Under the pieces are notes generated by a model. The model saw nothing but the letters and a program-made list of their open reading frames with translations. It did no database searches and was not told the origin of the DNA. 64,000 nt of DNA, taken from Anaeramoeba ignava BMAN (lineage: Eukaryota; Protista; Anaeramoebae). Shown piece after piece: positions 24,429 through 41,848 of this stretch. A program made the translations under genes and the position numbers. Every line of letters starts with the position of its first letter. The first letter of the stretch is position 1. Location of the stretch: the NCBI GenBank assembly GCA_028826165.1, contig JAPDFW010000119.1:1-64000 (forward strand), read 5' to 3'.

Positions 24429-27400
24429 ATGGAAAAAAATATAAAATTCGAAGAATTTGGAGAGCATGTCAGCGAAGTTCGATGTCTTCATTTACACGAT
24501 CAATATTTATATTCAGGAAGTTTTGATTGCAAAATAATAAAATGGGAAATTGAAGTAAAAAATCACATATTTATAACATTAACCGATAAAGATTTAAGTA
24601 TCTCATTTGCATGAATTTTTAAACCTAATAATATTTCTCTAAAAAAATAATCACGCCAAAAAGACTAAAAAAAAGTGCTGGACGTTTACATCTTCTAGCT
24701 ATGTGTTCTATCTACAAGTGCATTCAAATCTTCTTTATTTGGCTAATTCTTCCTTGCAAGCTCTTGATATAAATGTTTGTCATAAATCCTTCTTATGTTT
24801 TTTCTGAGTCTCTTTGGATTTTTATGTTTCAAAAAGAGTTTTTTTTTTGAAACTTAATTTGACTATTTTTTTTGCTTATAAATTTTTATTTTCTTTTCTT
24901 TTGCTTTTTTTTTATAATTAGACTGGAAAAGTTGTTAAAACTTTTGAATCAAATCTTTCTGAATATATTTATGGTTTCAAAATTATTGAAGATAGAATTT
25001 ATAGAGTTGGAGGTGATCGTTTATTAAAAGAATTTGATATTGTAATTTTAAATCAATTTTTAAACCAATTTCTAAATAAATTTTTAAATCAATTTCTAAA
25101 CCAATATTTAAATCAATTTTTAAATCAATATTTAAACCAATATTTAAACCAATTTTTAAATCAATTTCTAAATTAATTTTTAAATAAATATCTAAATCAA
25201 TTTCTAAATCAATATTTAAATCAATTTTTAAATCAATTTTTAAATAAATATTTAAATAAATATTTAAATCAATTTTTAAATAAATATCTAAATTATTTTC
25301 TAAATCAATTTCTAAATCAATTTTTAAATCAATTTTTAAATAAATATTTAAATAAATATTTAAATCAATTTTTAAATAAATATTTAAATCAATTTTTAAA
25401 TCAATTTTTAAATCAATTTTTAAATCAATTTCTAAATAAATATTTAAACCAATATCTAAATTATTTTCTAAATCAATATTTAAATCAATTTTTAAATCAA
25501 TTTCTAAATCAATTTCTAAACCAATATTTAAATCAATATTTAAATCAATTTTTAAACCAATTTTTAAATCAATTTCTAAATCAATATTTAAATCAATATT
25601 TAAATTAATATTTAAATCAATTTTTAAATCAATTTTTAAATAAATATTTAAATCAATTTTTAAATAAATATTTAAATCAATTTTTAAATAAATTTCTAAA
25701 TCAATATTTAAATCAATTTTTAAATAAATATTTAAATCAATTTTTAAATCAATTTTTAAATCAATATTTAAATCAATTTCTAAATAAATATTTAAATCAA
25801 TATTTAAATCAATTTCTAAATTAATTTCTAAATCAATATTTAAATCAATTTTTAAATTAATTTCTAAATCAATATTTAAATCAATTTCTAAATCAATTTT
25901 TAAATTAATATTTAAATCACTTTCTTTTTTTTTGCTTTAGGTTTCAAATCAATTTTTAAGAGAAGCTAAATTTGATTCTCCTTTGTGGTCAATTGAGATT
26001 TATGGAACAAGAATTTTTGTTGGAGCATCTTCTAATTTTATTATTGAATATGATTTAGATGTATTTTTTATATAGATTTACAATTACAATCAAAATCAAA
26101 ATCAAATTCAAAATCAAATTCAAAATCAAAATCAAATTCAAATTCAAATTCAAAATCAAATTCAAATTCAAAATCAAAATTAAAATCAAAATCAAAATCA
26201 AAATCAAATTCAAATTCAAAATCAAAATCAAAATCAAATTCAAATCCAAAATTATTTTCTTTTAGACTTTTGAAAAAGTTCATACATATCAATTACAAAG
26301 TTCTGGAGTTTGGGGTTTAGCACAATTTTCAAATAAATTATACATTGGTGCAAGTTCCAAAATTTATAAATTAGATTTAACAGTATTTATTTAAATTAAA
26401 AGAAAAAAAGAAAAAAAGAAAAAAGAACAAATTGTTCTTAATCATAATAATAATAATTTAATTTATAAAAAAGAAAAACTCAAAAGAAGTTATTTCTTGG
26501 AAAAATCAAGACGGAACAATTGTTGGCTTTCAAATTTATGATGGGATTTTATTTTCTGGAGATGAACATTCTGAAATTTATGCTTGGGATTTATCAGTAA
26601 AATGGATTTTATTAATATTTAGATTTATATTTATAATTATATTTATATTTATATTTATATTTATATTTATATTTATATTTATATTTATATTTATATTTAT
26701 ATTTATATTTATATTTATATTTATATTTACATATTTATATTTATATTGATTTTTATATTTATATTTATATTTTAATTTATATTTATATTTATATTTATAT
26801 TTACATATTTATATTTATATTTATATTTTTATTTATATTTTAAATATTTATATTTATATTTATATTTATATTTAAATTTATATTTATATTAATATTTACA
26901 TATTTATATTTATATTGATTTTTATATTTATATTTATATTTTAATTTATATTTATATTTATATTAATATTTACATATTTATATTTATATTTTAATTTATT
27001 TTTATTTTTAAAATTAAAAGACAGAAAAAAATCTTTATTCTTTTAAAAATGTTTCAAGTTGTTGGTGTGTTTCTTCAAATTCTACTTTTTTATTTTCTGG
27101 TTCAACAGATCATAAAATTCGCAAATGGGAAATTTCTGTAAGAAAATTTATCCGATTTTAATTATAATTTTAATTTTAATTTTAATTTTAATTTTAATTT
27201 TAATTTTAATTTTAATTTTATAAATGAATTTTAATTCTAATTTTAATTTTAATTTAAATTTTATAGAGCTTGTTTTATCATCTTTCATATATCGAAGATT
27301 TCAAAAATTTTTATAAAAGACAAGAATTATGTGATACAAAATATTATACAAGCGATGGAACAATATCATTTCACAAATTAATAGTGAAAGCAAGATTAAA

Positions 27401-27917
27401 CTGTGATTTTGAAAAATTAAGAGAATGCTTATCAAATAAAACAACAAAAATAGTAAATCAATTTTTAAAATGGATTTATACAGGAAAATCAAAAGATGAA
27501 GTTTTAATTCAAGATATTTTAAAAGAACTTTCAATTGAAAAATTCGACGAATTAAATCAAGTTGAAGGATTAAGAAAATCACTATCAAATTTATATAATG
27601 AAAATTCAACAAAAGATTTCATAATAATTGCACAAAATCAAAGGGTTTATGTTCATAAAGAAATTCTTCATGCTAGAAGTGATTTATTTCGTGGAATGTT
27701 TTTGAGTGTGAATGATAGTACAAATCAAGTTAATGATTATAGTAATAAATCTGTCAAAACTATTCAAGCTTTTGTTTATTTTTTATATCATGATCAATTC
27801 AATCCAAAATTAATGACTAAAAGAGTTCGAAAAGAATTACAAGATGCTGTTGATTTTTATCAACTTAATCCTCAATCAGTTTTGCCAAATGAACTTCAAA
27901 AATTTCAAAAGAAATGA
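24429..27917 (+). CDS. Seven-blade WD40-like propeller + double BTB-like protein; exons 24429-24554, 24664-24774, 24922-25041, 25941-26060, 26266-26382, 26474-26596, 27021-27137, 27267-27917
   Basis: Each of the first 7 exons is one ~40-aa WD-like repeat (LYSGSFDCKIIKWEIE, LFSGDEHSEIYAWDLS, LFSGSTDHKIRKWEIS). All introns are phase-0 GT-AG. The last exon has FHKLIVKAR and VHKEILHARSDLFRGMFLSVNDSTNQVNDYS...VDFYQLN. Confidence 0.88.
25045..25918. repeat. 12-mer (AAATCAATTTTT-type) tandem repeat inside a WD40-BTB intron
   Basis: Direct reading. Confidence 0.93.
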
Positions 27918-28128
27918 TTATTATTTTTTTTTTTCAAATTTTAATTAAAAAAAAAAGAAAATTAAATAATAAAAGAAATGAAAGGAAATGAAATTTAATT
28001 GTTTTGGTTTTTGTTTAAAAAAAAAATTTGAAAAGAAGAAAGAATCTCAAAAAGAAAAAAAATTCAAAAAAAAATTCAAAAAAAAATGATAAAAAAAAAA
28101 TGATAAAAAAAAAATAAAAGAAGTTGAT

Positions 28129-32103
<3,975 letters not shown>

Positions 32104-32304
32104 TGATAAAATGAGAAAAATAATAAAATTTTGTTATTTTTTTTATTCAAAAAAAAAATTAAAAAAAAAAGCAAAAAAAAAGAAAAACAAAAAGAAAAGA
32201 AAAATGAATTTTTGATCTATTAAATTATTTTTTAAATTATATTTTTTTTTTCTCCATTTATTATTTTTTCTCCTTTTTAATTAAAGAAAATTAAATAAAA
32301 AAGA

Positions 32305-33310
32305 ATTTTCATCAAATCCAAAATAATAAATAAAAATAAATTTAGATTTAAATAATAATAAATATTTTCATCAAATCCAAAATAATAAATAAAAATAAAT
32401 TTAGATTTAAATAATAATAAATATTTTCATCAAATCAAAAAATCCAAAAAATAATTTAAATATAAATAAATTTAAATTTAAATAATAATAAATATTTTCA
32501 TCAAATCCAAAATAATAAATAAAAATAAATTTAGATTTAAATAATAATAAATATTTTCATCAAATCTAAAATAATAAATAAAAATAAATTTAGATTTAAA
32601 TAATAATAAATATTTTCATCAAATCCAAAATAATAAATAAAAATAGATTTAAATTTAATTAATAATAAATATTTTCATCAAATCCAAAATAAAAAAATAA
32701 TAAAAATAAATAAATTTAGATTTAATTAATAATAAATATTTTCATCAAATCCAAAATAATAAATATAAATTTAGATTTAATTAATAATAAATATTTTCAT
32801 CAAATCCAAAATAATAAATAAAAATAAATTTAGATTTAATTAATAATAAATATTTTCATCAAATCTAAAAAATAAATAAAAATAAATTTAGATTTAAATA
32901 ATAATAAATATTTTCATCAAATCTAAAATAATAAAATAAAATAAATTTAAATTTTCATCAAAATTAATAATAAAATATTTTCATCAAATCTAAAATAATA
33001 AATAAAAAATAAATTTTTCATAAAATTTTCATCAAAATAAAATAATAAATAAAAATAAATTTAGATTTAAATAATAATAAATATTTTCATCAAATCTAAA
33101 ATAATAAATAAAAATAGATTTAAATTTAAATAATAATAAATATTTTCATCAAATCCAAAATAATAAATAAAAATAGATTTAAATTTAATTAATAATAAAA
33201 ATATTTTCAACAAATCTAAAATAATAAATATAAATAGATTTAAATTTAATTAATAATAAATATTTTCATCAAATCCAAAATAATAAATATAAATTTAGAT
33301 TTAAATAATA
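32305..33310. repeat. ~59-bp tandem minisatellite, ~17 copies, intergenic
   Basis: Unit TATTTTCATCAAATCCAAAATAATAAATAAAAATAAATTTAGATTTAAATAATAATAAA (e.g. 32363, 32422). Confidence 0.92.
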
Positions 33311-33426
33311 AAAATAGAATGAATTTTTGATTTTGGATTTCTTTTTATTCAACCATTCAAAAAAAATCCAAAAGAAAAAAATCATTCAATCCAAAAGAAA
33401 AAAATCCAAAAGAAAAAAAAATTTCT

Positions 33427-36400
33427 TCAGTAAATTGCAGCATCAACTTCACGTCCAACAAGAAAGTTCCAAGAATAAGGCTTTTTCCATTCATCTAAAT
33501 ATAAATTAAAATATAAATCAAAACATAAATCAAAACATAAATTAAAATATAAATTAAAATATATATTAAAACATAAATTAAAATATAAATTAAAATATAA
33601 ATTAAAATATAAATTAAAATATATATTAAAATATAAATTAAAATATAAATTAAAATATAAATTAAAAATTATAAATTAAAATATAAATTAAAATATAAAT
33701 TAAAATATAAATTAAAATATAAATTAAAATATAAATTAAAATATAAATTAAAATATAAATTAAAACATACTAGGTTTTAAAGTAATTAAATTTGTTAATT
33801 GATTAATTGCTTGAGCCATTAATTCACTTTCATAAAAATTATCTCCTTCATAACAAAATAAAATCAAAGCAACAAAACCTAATTTAGTTTCTTTTGGTTC
33901 AATTGATAAATTTTCCATTTGTGATTCAATTTGAATCTTTTGATTTTGATCATTTTCATTTTCATTTTCATTTTCTTTTTCATTTTCTTTTTCATTTTCT
34001 AAAACTATTTCATCAATATAACGATGAAAAAGACCACAAGATCGAATCAATGATCGATTTTTCCATTCTATTTCGTTGAAATTGTGGAAATCAAAATTCA
34101 AATCAATTCCACTTTTTGTCATATTCATTTGATAAATAATTTGTTTGTTTGTAATCATTTTGTCTGTTCTAAAAGATGCATCAGCTCCAGTAACAAAAAT
34201 AATATTTGCGAAATTCTGTTGTTGAATCCAGTTCATTAAATCTGTTGCAAATAATTTTCCATACATTAAAAAAACTGGTGATCTTTGTTGAATTATAGCA
34301 AATTTTTCTTTCACATAAACTTTTTGATTTTTTGAATTTAAATTTGATTTAGAATTGAAATTGTTTTGAAATTAAATTGATTTGAATTTAAATTGATTTG
34401 ATTTTAAATTGGATTGAATTTAAATTGATTTGAATTTAAATTTGATTTGAATTTAAATTGATTTGAAATTAAATTGATTTGAAATTAAATTGATTTGAAT
34501 TTAAATTGATTTGAAATTTAAATTGAATTTAAATTGATTTGAAATTAAATTGATTTGAATTTAAATTGATTTGAAATTAAATTGATTTGAATTTAAATTG
34601 ATTTGAATTTAAATTGATTTGAATTTAAATTGTTTTGAAATTAAATTGGATTGATTTTGGATTGTTTGATTTAAAATGATTTGAATTTAAATTGATTTGA
34701 AATTAAATTGATTTGAAATTAAATTGATTTGAAATTAAATTGATTTGAATTTAAATTTGATTTGAATTTAAATTGATTTGAAATTAAATTGATTTGAAAT
34801 TTAAATTGTTTTTGAAATTAAATTGATTTGAATTTAAAATGATTTGAAATTAAATTGATTTGAATTTAAAATGATTTGAAATTAAATTGATTTGAATTTA
34901 AATTGTTTTTGAATTTAAATTGTTTTGAATTTAAATTGTTTTGAATTTAAATTGATTTGAAATTAAATTGATTTGAATTTAAATTGATTTTGAATTTAAA
35001 TTGATTTGAATTTAAATTGATTTGATTTTAAATTGATTTGAATTTAATTTGTTTTGAAATTAATTTGTTTTGAATTTGATTTGAAATTAAATTTGAATTT
35101 AAATTTGATTTGAATTTAAATTGATTTGAAATTAAATTGGTTTGAATTTAAATTGATTTTGAAATTGATTTGAAATTAAATTGATTTGAAATTAAATTGA
35201 TTTGAAATTAAATTGATTTGAAATTAAATTGGATTTGAAATTAAATTGATTTGAAATTAAATTGGATTGATTTTGGATTGTTTGATTTAAATTTGATTTG
35301 AATTTAAATTGTTTTGAATTTAAAATGTTTTGAAATTAAATTTGATTTGAATTTAAATTTGATTTGAATTTAAATTTGATTTGAATTTAAATTTGATTTG
35401 AATTTAAATTGATTTGAAATTAAATTGTTTTGAAATTTAAATTGTTTTTGAAATTAAATTGATTTGAATTTAAAATGATTTGAAATTAAATTGATTTGAA
35501 ATTAAATTTGATTTGATTTGAATTTAAATTGTTTTGAATTTAAATTGATTTGAATTTAAATTGATTTGAATTTAAATTGATTTGAAATTAAATTGATTTG
35601 AATTTAAATTGGTTTTGAAATTAAATTGATTTGAATTTAAATTGATTTGAAATTAAATTGATTTGAAATTAAAATTGATTTGAAATTAAATTGATTTGAA
35701 ATTAAATTGATTTGAAATTAAATTGATTTGAATTTAAATTGATTTGAAATTAAATTGATTTGAATTTAAATTTGATTGAAATTAAATTGATTTGAAATTA
35801 AATTAAATTTGATTTAAATTGATTTGAATTTAAATTGATTTGAATTTAAATTGGATTTAAATTGATTTGAATTTAAATTGATTTGAATTTAATTTGTTTT
35901 GAAATTAAATTGTTTTGAATTTAAATTTGATTTGAATTTAAATTGATTTGAATTTAAATTTGATTTGAAATTAAATTGTTTTGAAATTAAATTGATTTGA
36001 AATTAAATTGATTTGAATTTAAATTGATTTGAAATTAAATTGATTTGAAATTAAATTGGATTTAAATTAAGTTTGATTTAAATTGTTTTGACTTTAAATT
36101 GATTTGAATTAAATTGTTTGATTTAAAATGTTTTGACAAACCTTCCATTGCTAAATAAATAAAATAAATAAAATAAATAAAAGAAATAAGTAAAAATAAA
36201 TAAATAAATAAGGAATTTTTATATTTATACAAGTATTGATTTGACCAGAATTTGTTTGATCAGGAGAAATACAATCATTTCCAATAAAAGGAGATAAACA
36301 AGAATGATCCAAAATCCCAATTTTTATTGCTTGAGAATTAAGAAGAATCAAATCAATTGCTAATTGAGAAACATTTCCAAAAGATAAAGTAGGCTATTTT

Positions 36401-36535
36401 TAAATTAAAAATTAAAAATTAAAAATTAAAATTAAAAATAAAAATTAAAATTAAAAATTAAATTGATTGTTTTACAAGAATTAAAGTAAAATCTTTAAAT
36501 CCTTGAAATTTTGAATCAATTAAATGAAATTCCAT
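33427..36535 (-). CDS. PSMG2: Proteasome assembly chaperone 2 (PAC2), 5 exons including a 9-nt micro-exon at 36142-36150
   Basis: Spliced: FTLILPTLSFGNVSQLAIDLIL...SPFIGND...INTSMEVY...IQQRSP...LFCYEGDN...WKKPYSWNFLVG...AIY*, matching the PAC2 motifs PxxSxGNVxQLAxDL, EGDN and WxxPxSW. Confidence 0.88.
34330..36125. repeat. ~16-mer (ATTTAAATTGATTTGA) tandem repeat filling a 1.8-kb PAC2 intron
   Basis: Direct reading. Confidence 0.93.
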
Positions 36536-36738
36536 AAAGTCAGAACCAAAAAAAAAAGAATAGAAAAATGAAAAATTAAAAAAAAAAATTAAAAAAATTA
36601 AAGTAAGAAAATTTTTATTTATTTTTGTTTTTGTTTTTATTTTTAATTTTTGTTTTTGTTTTTGAAAAGAAATGAAAAGAAAAAAACAAGAAAAAAATAT
36701 TTCTTTTCGATTTTTTTTTTTTGATTAAATTTTTTCTT

Positions 36739-39700
36739 TCATTTTTTTGGATCGAAATCTAAATTTTTTCGAAAAACGAAAATACTTGTTGAAAAATGTC
36801 GATAAACTGCAAAAATAGCAATAATGATAAATAAAATCATAATTGATAAAAATAGTTTAAATTTACTAATTGGTAATTTATTTGTGATTCTTTTTTCAAG
36901 TAAATTGCAATAATTTGTGCATCCTTTAATTTGAATTAATCCAATTCTTTGTTGATTAAATATTCCATTTTTATCATTTTCTATATGAAAAATTCCATTT
37001 ATAATTTCTAAATTTGTTCGTTGGAAATAATGAAGAAGTTGAAGCATTTCTTTTGTAGAAATCTAAATAAAAATTATTATTAAATTTAAAATCGGATTAA
37101 AATTAAAATTAATATTAAAATTAAATTCAAAATTATTATTAAAATTATTATTGAAATTAATTGTAGAAAATACTTTATTTTTTAAATTATTCCAATTAGT
37201 GTAAATATATTTAATCAATTTGGAAGATTGAGGAATTAAAGTAGAATAACATCTTTTCCATTCTTCAAAAGTTTTTGAATCTCTTTCCAAAATTTGAACA
37301 AGATAACTAAATAAAGAAGATTTAGAAGCTTTTGCCAAAGAAATAGCAAGAATATTTTCAAAATATAAATGTTGAGATTCTTGTTGAAAAAATATAGAAA
37401 TTTTTTCTAATTGTGGAAGAATTTCTGAAAGTATTTTATGTGCATCAACTCGATATTTTTTATCAAGTTGTGCTGATTTTTTTAATGTAGTTTTATGAAC
37501 TCTTTCATTAACTGAATCTGTCTTAATTGCAAATGAAATATTATCTGTAATTAGGATATATTTAGCAAAAAATTTTGCAGAAACTACATCTTGAACTAAT
37601 CTTTTAGTCATTTCTTCAAAACTTTTATTTTTTTTAATTTAAAATTTCAATTATTTTTTTTAATTTAAAATTTAAAATTTCAATTATTGATTTTTTCACC
37701 TGTTTGATTTTAAAAGTCTTTGGAATAATTCAGTTAATTGAAATAAAGATTTTGCTGGAATTGTTGTTTTATCAAGAATAGGTAAAATAAATTCTAGCCA
37801 AGCTAATAAATTTTATAATAAATTTTATAATAAATTTTATAATTAATTTTATAATAAATTTTATATTTAATTTTATAATAAATTTTATAAATAAATTTTA
37901 TATTTAATTTTATAAATAATTTTATAATAAATTTAATAAATAATTTTATAAATAATTTAATAAATAATTTTATAATAAATTTTATAAATAATTTAATAAA
38001 TAATTTTATATTTAATTTAATAAATAATTTTATATTTAATTTTATAAATAATTTTATAAATAATTTTAATAAATAATTTTATAATAAATTTTATAATAAA
38101 TTTTGAAATAATTTTATAAATAATTTAATAATTAATTTTATAAATAATTTTATAAATAATTTTATAAATAATTTTATAAATAATTTTATAATTAATTTTA
38201 TAAATAATTTTATAATAAATTTTATAAATAAATTTTGAAATAATTTTATAATAAATTTTATAATTAATTTTATAATAAATTTTATAATTAAATTTTATAA
38301 ATAATTTTATAAATAATTTTATAATAAATTTTATAAATAATTTTATAATAAATTTTATAATAAATTTTGAAATAATTTTGGATTCGATTGTCAAAAATAT
38401 ACCAGAAAGTAAAGAACCAGGATCTTTTTCAATAAATTGTGAAAGACACCAAACAAGTTCAGAAAGAAAATGAATTCTGATTTTTTTCGGAAAACTTTCA
38501 TATTTTGTTAAAAATGACTTGATAATTGTTTCTCTAAGTAAATGATCTCTTAAAACTGTACTTTTTGCATTAATCATAATTTGAATCAAAACTTTAATTC
38601 CAGAAGTTAAATCTGATACTGATTTATTTTCTAATTTAAAGTAAAAGAAGGAAATTAAAATATTATTATTATTTTTTGATAAACTTTTTCTTTTTGAAAA
38701 AAAAATACCAAATGAAATAAATATTTCAGTAAATCTTCCAATTAAATCGGATAAACTTTTTCCAAGAATAGTTTGTGGATAAAGTCTAAGAAATGTTTTA
38801 ACAAGAGTTTTTATTTTTGGATCAACTAAAGCAAGTGGGAAATCTTTTTTGAAATTTAAAATTAATTCAATTAAAATTATTTCAATTAAATTTTTTCAAT
38901 TAAAAATTATTTCAATTAAAAATTAATTCAATTAAAAATTATTTCAATTAAAATTATTTAATTAAAAATTATTTCTTAAAAATTAATTCAATTAAAATTA
39001 TTCAATTAAAAATAATTCAATTAATTAAATTAATTCAATTAAAAATTATTTCAATTAAATTTTTTCTATTAACTTGGATTGAGTTGATCTGATTTTGTTT
39101 CTTCAATTTCTGGTATTGGAATATGAATGTGATTTTCGAAAAAATTTTGAAGTTGTTGAAGTTGTTGGAGTTGATGTTTTTGACTTTTTTTAAATGTTTT
39201 TTGAAGTTCTTCTATAAATTTTTTAAGTTCTTCTATATCAAACTTTTTTTTAATTTTTAATTTTAATTTTAATTTTAATTTCAATTTTAATTTTATAAAT
39301 GAATTTTAATTTAATTTTAATTTTATAAATGAATTTAAATTTAAATTTTGTTTTATAAATGAATTTTAATTTTAATTTTAATTTTAATTTTAATTTTAAT
39401 TTTAATTTTAATTTTAATTTTAATTTTAATTTTAATTTTAATTTTTAATTTTAATTTTAATTTTAATTTTAATTTTAATTTTAATTTTAATTTTAATTTT
39501 AATTTTAATTTTAATTTTAATTTTAATTTTAATTTTAATTTTAATTTTAATTTTAATTTTAATTTTAATTTTATAAATGAATTTTAATTTTAATTTTAAT
39601 TTTAAATTTTAAATTTAATTTAAATTTGAATTTTAATTTAAATTTTAATTTTAATTTAAATTTTAATTTTAATTTTAATTTTAATTATAATTTTAATTTA

Positions 39701-40159
39701 AATTTTAATTTTAATTTAAATTTTGTTTTACTTCACTCATTGCTTTGTGTAAATTTGGTTCAGTTGTTGATTGTATAATTTTTTTTGAATGATCTTCCTT
39801 TCCATTTTCCTCTTTATGAATTTAAATTTAATAGAAATATTTTTTATTAAAATTTTTTTTTATTTTGAATTTAAAATTTGGAGAAAAAAAAAAATTATTA
39901 AAAGAAATAAACCATAAAGTGAATTAAATTTGTGATGTAAATGCTCTTTTTTTTGGGAATGAGGATGAGATGTAGTTTTATGTGATAATTTATCTTTTTT
40001 TGGATTGGATTTGGATCTTTGAAGACGAGGAGTTGAAGGAAGACTTGTTGTATTTGTGTTGTGATTATCAATTGTGAAATGTTTATGGTGATGATTATTT
40101 TTATTATTATCGTTATTATCGTTATTATTATTGTTATTATTTGATTCGTTATCTGACAT
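36739..40159 (-). CDS. TMEM214: TMEM214 (DUF2359)-like membrane protein, ~8 exons
   Basis: Spliced segments LVWCLSQ...LSAWLEFILPIL and LERDSKTFEEWKRCYSTLIPQSSKLIKYIYTNW resemble the TMEM214 conserved blocks; one C-terminal TM helix; GT-AG boundaries. Confidence 0.7.
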
Positions 40160-40384
40160 TTTTTTTCTTTAAATTAAAATTAAAAAATGAAAAAAATGAA
40201 AAAAATGAAAAAATGAAAAAATGAAAAATTATTTTTGTTGTTTTAAAGAAAACGTTTTTGCTTTTTTTTTGGATTATTTGAACTAAAATTATTTTGCCTT
40301 TCAAATTATATTTTGGAAAAAAAAAAAATGGAACAAAAAAATATTTCTTTCTTTTCTCTTTTAATTTTAATTTTAATTTTAATT

Positions 40385-41716
40385 TTAATTTGAATTTGAA
40401 TTTGAATTTGAATTTGAATCTGGATCTGAATCTGAAAAACTAGTATCATTGTCAGTTTCATTATTATCATCATTGTCAGTTTCATTATTATCATCATTGT
40501 CAGTTTCATTAGAATCATTGTCAGTTTCATTAGAATCATTATCATTGTCATTGTCATTATCATTGTTATCATTATCACTTTCATTATCATTATCACTTTC
40601 ATTATTATCATTGTCATTATCATTATCACTTTCATTTTGATTATCACTTTCATTTTGATTATCACTTTCATTTTCATTATCACTTTCATTTTCATTGTCA
40701 CTTTCATTATCATTATCATTGTCACTACTAAAGCTTGAAGAAGTTGAAATTTTAGAATTTGATGTTTTATTTTTTGGAGTGAGAAATTTTTGATTCTCTT
40801 TTTGATTTTCTTTTTGATTTTCTTTTTGATTTTCTTTTTGATTCTCTTTTTGATTTTCTTTTTGATTCTCTTTTTGATTCTCTTTTTGATTCTCTTTTTG
40901 ATTTTCTTTTTGATTTTCATTCAATAACATTTTTTTAATATCCTTAATTTCATTCTCAAGTTCTTCATTAATTTTCATTTGTTCAACAATAAATTGAACC
41001 AAAATGGAAAATAAATCTTGTTTATCAAAACTAGAACTTTTAATTTTCAAAAACATTTGAATAAATTGTTTATCTTTTCCATCCAAAACAGAAAACAAAC
41101 GATAAAACCTCAAACTTTGACTTCCATCAAATAACGTTAAAATATCAGTTGTAATTTCAGGAAAAGAATCAATTAAACGTTTTGAAGATTTTATTCGAAA
41201 AGTTTCACATTCAAGTAACAATAAAATAGATTCAGTCATTTTTGCATTAATTAAAGGAACAAACAAATCTTTTTGGATCGAATCAGCTTCTAATTGCAAA
41301 AATTCGCTATAAATTTTAGTGCTAAATGGTGGTAAATGTGATTGTAAAAATTGAGTAAATAATCTTTGTGCAATTTTTTCAACACAATTTTGTCCCGAAT
41401 TTTCAACAAATAATGCAGGCAAAATTGAAAGAAGAAGTTTAACTTGTTCCGTTGGTTTTTTTTCTTCTAATTTCACAAAAAATTCATTAATTCGCTTTAA
41501 AACTTCTTGTGTAATTTCTTCTTGAAGATCTTTTAATTCGGAAATTTTTCCGATTGATATATTTGTTGGAACTGCACTTTGATCAACAATTTTTCCTTTA
41601 AGAAGAACTGGTGAAGAATATAAATTGCTTGTATCCGCGTTGATTAAATGATCTGGGATACTTTCTTTAAAATGAGTGCTAATAAATTTTAATAACTTAT
41701 CAAAAACTGTGATCAT
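40385..41716 (-). CDS. Uncharacterised helical protein with (ENQK)n and acidic D/N/E/S-rich tail
   Basis: 443-aa intronless ORF with ~265 aa of complex sequence; upstream TCATTTT motifs; no family recognised. Confidence 0.75.
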   Translation of the reverse strand: MITVFDKLLKFISTHFKESIPDHLINADTSNLYSSPVLLKGKIVDQSAVPTNISIGKISELKDLQEEITQEVLKRINEFFVKLEEKKPTEQVKLLLSILPALFVENSGQNCVEKIAQRLFTQFLQSHLPPFSTKIYSEFLQLEADSIQKDLFVPLINAKMTESILLLLECETFRIKSSKRLIDSFPEITTDILTLFDGSQSLRFYRLFSVLDGKDKQFIQMFLKIKSSSFDKQDLFSILVQFIVEQMKINEELENEIKDIKKMLLNENQKENQKENQKENQKENQKENQKENQKENQKENQKENQKENQKFLTPKNKTSNSKISTSSSFSSDNDNDNESDNENESDNENESDNQNESDNQNESDNDNDNDNNESDNDNESDNDNNDNDNDNDNDSNETDNDSNETDNDDNNETDNDDNNETDNDTSFSDSDPDSNSNSNSNSN

Positions 41717-41848
41717 TCAAAAAAGAAAATGAAAAAATGAAAATGAAAATGAAAAAATGAAAAAATGAAAAAAAAATTAAATTCAAAAAAGTTTTTTTCC
41801 GATTTTTTCCAAATTCATTTTTTCTTTCCTTTTCTTCTTTTTATTTTT

